Assembly (NCBI GenBank): GCA_021432655.1
Contig: MU271439.1
Coordinates: 1-41,470 of the forward strand
From: Atractiella rhizophila
Taxonomy: Eukaryota
Length of the DNA stretch: 41,470 bases
Direction of reading: 5' to 3'
A program made the position numbers and the translations under genes. Positions 35,953-41,470 of this stretch are shown here, piece after piece. Each line of letters opens with the position of its first letter. Positions within the stretch are counted from its first letter, which is position 1. Below the pieces are notes generated by a model. It did not search any database, was not told where the DNA came from, and saw only the letters and a list, made by a program, of their open reading frames with translations.

Positions 35953-36219
35953 TCGATGTCTCCCAAATCCATGTGCAAACTGTACGATGAACATTGAATT
36001 CCTTCCATGTACCTAACAAAGAAAGAAGCATGACTGTACCATAGCTGTTTTGAAATCATGTGTTTGGTGTCTGAAGAATACAGGAACTGTGGTAAAGACG
36101 ACAGCGAAAGGGAAGATGCAAAGGGCTGTATCATGATGTGCATTGAAGTACGACAATTACTGACTGATCCAACAAACCTACTGAACAAATGCATGAAAAG
36201 ACGACGGCACTCCAAACAC

Positions 36220-38685
36220 TCAGGCCATCGAGCCCCAATCAATCTGCTTAATAGCTCGAGAGATTTTTGCGCCGAAAGTGTTCGGATTGACAGGTTTCGG
36301 CCCACCGACGCTCTTGAAAGCCTCAACCACGCCTGGGAGGTTTGCTTCGTAGCACGCCATGATCGCATTGCGTGCCTCCCGCTGAACACCTGGATCCTTG
36401 TGCCTGTGTACAAAGGTTATGTTAAGCAGGTCTACAGTGTCAAGAGAGAACGTACTTGAGAAGGGCCACCATCGGCTTGAGGAAACGGGGTTGAAGGAAC
36501 TCCTCCTTCGGATCGGTCTCAAGAATCATTCCCATTGCTGTACATGCCCAACTGACGATGAGGTTCCTTTTCGACTTGAACAGTTCGAGAAGACTATCAA
36601 AATCCGTGACTGAGATTTCGTGAAGATCTCGAACATCCGTTATCCGCTGATGAAGCTCCAAGTCGTTGTAGATCATCGTGCTCGTGTGCCGTATTGTTTG
36701 GTCATTGTCTTCCATCAGAACGGACATGCTAGTTGCCAGCTCTGCCATGACGTTCAGTGCCCCAGGAAGGAGTACCGGCTCAGGAGGCGCCTCCGGTTCT
36801 CCTTCTTCCGTTTCCTGGGGAGGCATCTGGACCAACCGAGGAGGGAGACAGATGGCGAGACGAAGCGTCATCAGTTTGAGAAGCCTGCAGGCGGGCTGGA
36901 GGGACGCTGTATCTGATGCATTGTTGAGAAGAGCGACCATGCCCTCGTGCAGCTTTAGCGGCGGCAACAGAACGTCGGGATGGACTTGATCAGCGATGTT
37001 GAGGAGGATCTGACACGCATGTTGACCGACAAAAGGATCGGGGTGCCTGAGACGTAGGCATCAACAAAGTGACACCAGAACTTAGGGAATCCACATACGA
37101 AAGGACTTCAACAAGCGGTGTTTAAAAAAGCCTACCAAAACGGGAGTTAGCATCAACAATATAGGCACGGTACAAGGATGAAGATGGGAGCAGCAATGTC
37201 CGTCACCGTACAATTCGCAACAGCCTACAGGACATTCTACGGCTGCGCGAAAACCAAGACGACAGCATTTGCTATCTCCCCAATTTTTTTAACCGCTTTC
37301 GATGGATTGGCGAAGGCGACTCTTTGAGTAGGGGATGTCGCGATGCATTAATGCGGGACACATTGTAGGCCTCCAACCTTCAACGATTCTCCGCCACAGC
37401 CAGCCCTTGAAAGGTTCGAAGCATGACAGCAGACGAAGAAAAAGTGGTTAGATGGCATAGATTATGTGTAAACAAAATATCCCCTGGAAGGTGTCGGGAT
37501 GTCCATAGCTCCACATCAACATCCGAATCATCACAGCCAATCTGTTTGCTATTATAAGAGGCGGCCGCAGCGATGATTTAGGGATATCATGTCAGAACAT
37601 TGGCAAGTGCTCTGGCCGCAGCAGCAGCAGCGGATGAGGATCCATCAAGTGTGGATCATGGAATGCAAATCATCAAGGCGGAATACCTTCTCACCATCCT
37701 GCTATTCTTGCTCAACACCATCTCTTCTACTTCTATGATCCAGCCATTATCGAGATGTTGACATGTGTCATCCCCATCTGGCGAAGGAGAATTGGAGCAG
37801 AAAAGGAAGAACATTCACATCCACAAACGCAGACAGACAATACACCTAGTAAAGAGGAGGGCGGGAGAAAAGACTCACCGTTCCTGACAGCATATTCGGC
37901 ATATTCCTTCCACTCACTCACGCGACTGAGAATCAACAAACTCTGCTTGAGCGACTTGTCGTCACCAGGATGTTTGGTCCGCTTGAGAGGAAAAAGGAGA
38001 TTTCTGAAACCTGGCCCTATTCATCCATCCATCAGAGTTGAAGAGTACGTTGAGGATTGGAGTTACCTTCAGGAGGTAAAAGCCGTTTAGCTACCGGTAA
38101 AGGTATCGTCAGTGGAAGGATCTCGTTTGGATCCCCACCTTGCATGGACGGGTCGAGGTTGAGTTGTGAGAGGTCGATACCACCCAAGTTGGCGGGGTCA
38201 GCGTGAGCAGGGGTATTATTCGGTACCCTCACTCCTCCTACAACACTCTGCACATCCGCCATTCAGCAACAAAGGGAGCTGTGACTAAGGAACGACGGAC
38301 GCACCTCTCTCGAACTCCCGCCGCCGTTCGCAGCATACATCCTCCTCGGGGTTCCATTGCCTCCCAGCCCCAAACCCCTTCCCAGCCTACCATCCATCCT
38401 CCCGCCTCTCCCAGCTCCACCCCTCGCACCTGCGCTCCCACCTCTCCGATACTGTTCATGACCAGCTGGGCTCCCCGCGCCGCCCGCCAACATGTTTGCG
38501 ACACCCGACAGGCCTGCTGAAGCGGTGATGTCGGGGAAAAGACTATTGATCTCGTGCAGGAGGTTCGGGTCGGAGGACAAGGTCTCCCGCAGCTCGACGT
38601 CTGACAGGCTCGCGAGGTAGCCGAGGATCTGGGAGGCGTCGAGGCCCTCGCGCGGGGTGGCTGCAGCTGACTGGAAGCGTGACAT
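36220..38685 (-). CDS. Armadillo/HEAT-repeat protein with a Gly-rich N-terminal region; start uncertain, possibly a pseudogene
   Basis: Spliceable exons give PLVEVLSHPDPFVGQHACQILLNIA, LLELFKSKRNLIVSWACTAMGMI and FLKPMVALLKHKDPGVQREARNAI. Upstream exons at 38685-38305, 38247-38068 and ~38017-37879 join in frame. There is an apparent frameshift in the T6A3 run near 37121-37129. Confidence 0.6.
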
Positions 38686-39360
38686 CTGCTGACGGAGGAT
38701 GGCGGAAGGAAGACGAGGTTGTTGGCTGTGGCGTTGGTGCTCAAAACGAAGATGAAGTTGAAGACGGTTGATGATGGTCTCTTTGTTGTTGCAGGTTGTT
38801 GGTGAACAATATTTGTTCGCTTGTTTACATTGAGAGCCACAGGGATCAGCTCAAAATGGAAAACTATTGGATTGGAGATATAATTGATATCAATATTTGT
38901 CGTGATTGATATAGCGGCCTTCTTTTTCGTGCGTCCTTCATGACATGCATGGAAGTCGCCCGCGTCTATTTCGGCAGCATCTTCTCTTTCTACTGTGCAG
39001 AGTACGGGTGACTTGCAGCTCGTCCATGTAATGATGGCGTGTGGGTTCAATCCATCTGGATATTTGTTGTCCACCAATTTCATCTGGGGTTTCGACAATC
39101 GAGTCGACAATACTCAAGTTTGAGGAGGACGGATCCGACAACTGACCCTCAAAGGGTAAATAGAAACTTCCTGCCTGATTGTAACTGTTTTGAAATCTGA
39201 CGTCCATCAACCCACTGCTTCGGCTTATTGTCTGTGGTATTGATGTCCCCGTGACCCTCCTATGGGGCAGGCTTGAAGAGCATTACTAGGGAAATGGAAG
39301 GTTATCGCAGCGATAAAATGCTTGCAGTCCTGTTATCCTCCGTCTGTTGTCAGCAGCATA

Positions 39361-39385
39361 NNNNNNNNNNNNNNNNNNNNNNNNN
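39361..39385. other. Assembly gap (25 N)
   Basis: Run of N bases. Confidence 1.
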
Positions 39386-39629
39386 ATGCTGACCCAGTCC
39401 AGAAGTTCTAGTTCCGAAGAATGGAAATTGGATGCCTTTCGCGGGAACATTCCAGATGTCTCGCCCACCCTTTATTATTTCTCTTTTCCCAATTCTCAAG
39501 CGCCTCCTGCTGCTCGAAGCCAGAGTCGGGGAGTAGATAGACCAATCCCCGAGCAGTTCCTCTTTCTTCAACAGTTATATTAGCTACATCGCTTTTAAGC
39601 ACGTTGTCATTCATTCCTTCCAGTTCACA

Positions 39630-40965
39630 ATGTTGCATCATCTAATCTCCCTCGTCCTCCTCTCATCCATCTTGAACATCGGATCACAAGCGGCAATCAT
39701 CAAGATCTATGATCCCTCCAAAGCGGGAGCGAAGGTGAGTCCTCTATCCCTTCAAGACGGCAGTGACCAAAATGCGTGGTGGAACAGGTTACCAACATTG
39801 GTCCTTTGAACGGGAACGTGTGTCCCAAACGTCTGTCACTCCTCTACTCCTCCGATCCTTCCCACGACCAATAACCATCTTGCCTGTGTCTTATCTCCTC
39901 ATCGTTGAGCAGAATACCCCAACTGCGTGGGGAACGATCAAACACAGGCGCAGACTTTCTTCGTGTCTGGCTCCGGCTCTGCGGCGACTTATAACTTTTA
40001 CAAGGGTGCAAAGTACGATAGAGCTGAGGTGCATGGTGGGAAGGGGCTATTTGAGGAAGGAAAGACTTACTACATCAATTGGTAGGCTCTCATTCTGTCT
40101 CCTCGTCCAAATCATTCAAGGCTACAACCCTTCGCAATGTTAGGAAGTTTCTCATGACCAACCTCCCCAAGCCTGTCGATTGCACGAATCAAGACGAGGC
40201 ATGCACCGTGAAGACGAATCGAGTGTACGCCCCTCATCTTCATCGATTCCGCGAAGCGAGAAGCTGAAGAATTCAATGCAACTAGTTTCCAATTCCATCA
40301 ATTCGCTGGCACCTCGTCACAGCCTGCGGTTCTCAACATTCCCCTCCAATGGCTCGTTGACGGCTCTGGCAAGAACCTTACTTACGTCCGTTTTTCTTCG
40401 GACATTGCCTCCTTCCATTGAGGCTAACTTTGGGAAATAGTATAACAAACCTAATAACGATCAGTACGTTCCGCTCTTCACAACACCAGCGGTTGCGAAC
40501 AAGTGGTACGACGTCACCATCCGCATCACTACTGGACGCACCGCTCAGACCGGCATTACCGAATTGTGGTTGGATGGAAAGAAGAAAACACTTACGAATG
40601 GGCAGACCGTCGCGAGGGTGCCGACATGGGATGGAGGTGTCACCGAGCCGAAATGGTGTGTCGTCTCCAATACGACGCGAGACGCTAACATGAAGCGATG
40701 GGGCAGGGGAGCCTACGGTGCTTGGATGACATCGATCACCACCAAAGTAGGGAAGATTATCGTGGCAGACCGCTATGCCGATATTCTCGATGAGAAGGCG
40801 AAGACAGAAGGAACAGCGGCAGCGAGCTTGATGGCGGCAGTCGCACAGGAACATAAGAGCTTCGCTGTCGCAGACGTCCTCAAAGGCTCTTACGCTGATG
40901 CATTCATCCCAAAAGACAAGTGGTACAGTAAGGCGGCGTCAAAGGCACTCGTCGCAAGTGAGTGA
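39630..40965 (+). CDS. Secreted polysaccharide-lyase-like protein (PL20/heparin lyase I-like beta-jelly roll)
   Basis: Signal peptide MLHHLISLVLLSSILNIGSQA. Spliced motifs DRAEVH..FEEGKTYYINWKF, VFQFHQF, NKWYDVTIRI..GITELWLDG and EPKWGAY. About 7 short GT-AG introns; stop at 40965. Confidence 0.75.
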
Positions 40966-41470
40966 CCTAGAGGATGACTATGATCTATTCAGTTCCATAA
41001 TGCAGTATCTTCTACATAAACTCTCCTTGCTCGCAAGTTCAAGTTGTCGAGAGCACCGCGTCAAGCGCCTCTATATTTGAACTCCAGCCGCCTGGATCAT
41101 CCCACAGCCATCGCGATACATCGCATCTTGACGTGGATAAGGAAGTGGTTTAAGGTAAGGGCCTTACACAACAATCAGGAAAAATGTGCATCCGTGGCCA
41201 TCGAGAGACTTTCGACATCCCCTTGCTTGACTGGCGATCTTAAATTCCCACCATGACTACGAACTAGACTAAACTAAATGACCAGGTGGTCTGAAATCTG
41301 AAATCGAAAGAGTCAAATCGAGTCAAATATAGAGTGGATTACTGGCACACCTCTAATCTCACCATGGGACTTTGACGCGGAGGCTGTTGTCAGGGGATTG
41401 TGGCAGGGAAGCATGACTGGAGTACGATGTTGTAAGTGTTTCCTTCTCACTGCAATTAGGGGACCAGTCA

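Noticed and set aside
38238..39110. 290-aa minus-strand ORF
   Set aside because: It has no recognisable motifs and overlaps, in a different frame, the exon that splices coherently into the ARM gene.

Overview
Eukaryotic, intron-rich fungal DNA, most likely a basidiomycete: short (about 42-65 nt) GT-AG introns with CTRAC-like branch points and basidiomycete-type protein families. The left ~25.3 kb is a graveyard of nested, mostly decayed mobile elements and gene relics: a Helitron PIF1 helicase fragment with an internal inversion, Copia and Gypsy retroelement pieces, an intron-containing DDE transposase, inverted-repeat elements, a GC-rich DUF3505/telomere-linked-helicase-like 5' fragment with a repeat array, and FHA and BTB pseudogenes. 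The right ~16 kb is gene-dense: a 7-TM membrane protein, an NLR-like pseudogene, a CYP7/CYP8-like P450, a VWA protein, an armadillo-repeat gene and a secreted polysaccharide-lyase-like gene. The most interesting object is 27332-31815. By hand splicing, an N-terminal domain that I infer to be gasdermin-like joins in frame, through a helical segment and an acidic duplicated linker, to a STAND P-loop NTPase and ~40-aa TPR repeats. This would be a single-polypeptide pore-former/NLR fusion, frameshifted in this copy, lying head-to-head with an orphan 7-TM gene. All family assignments come from motif recognition by eye; no database search was run.
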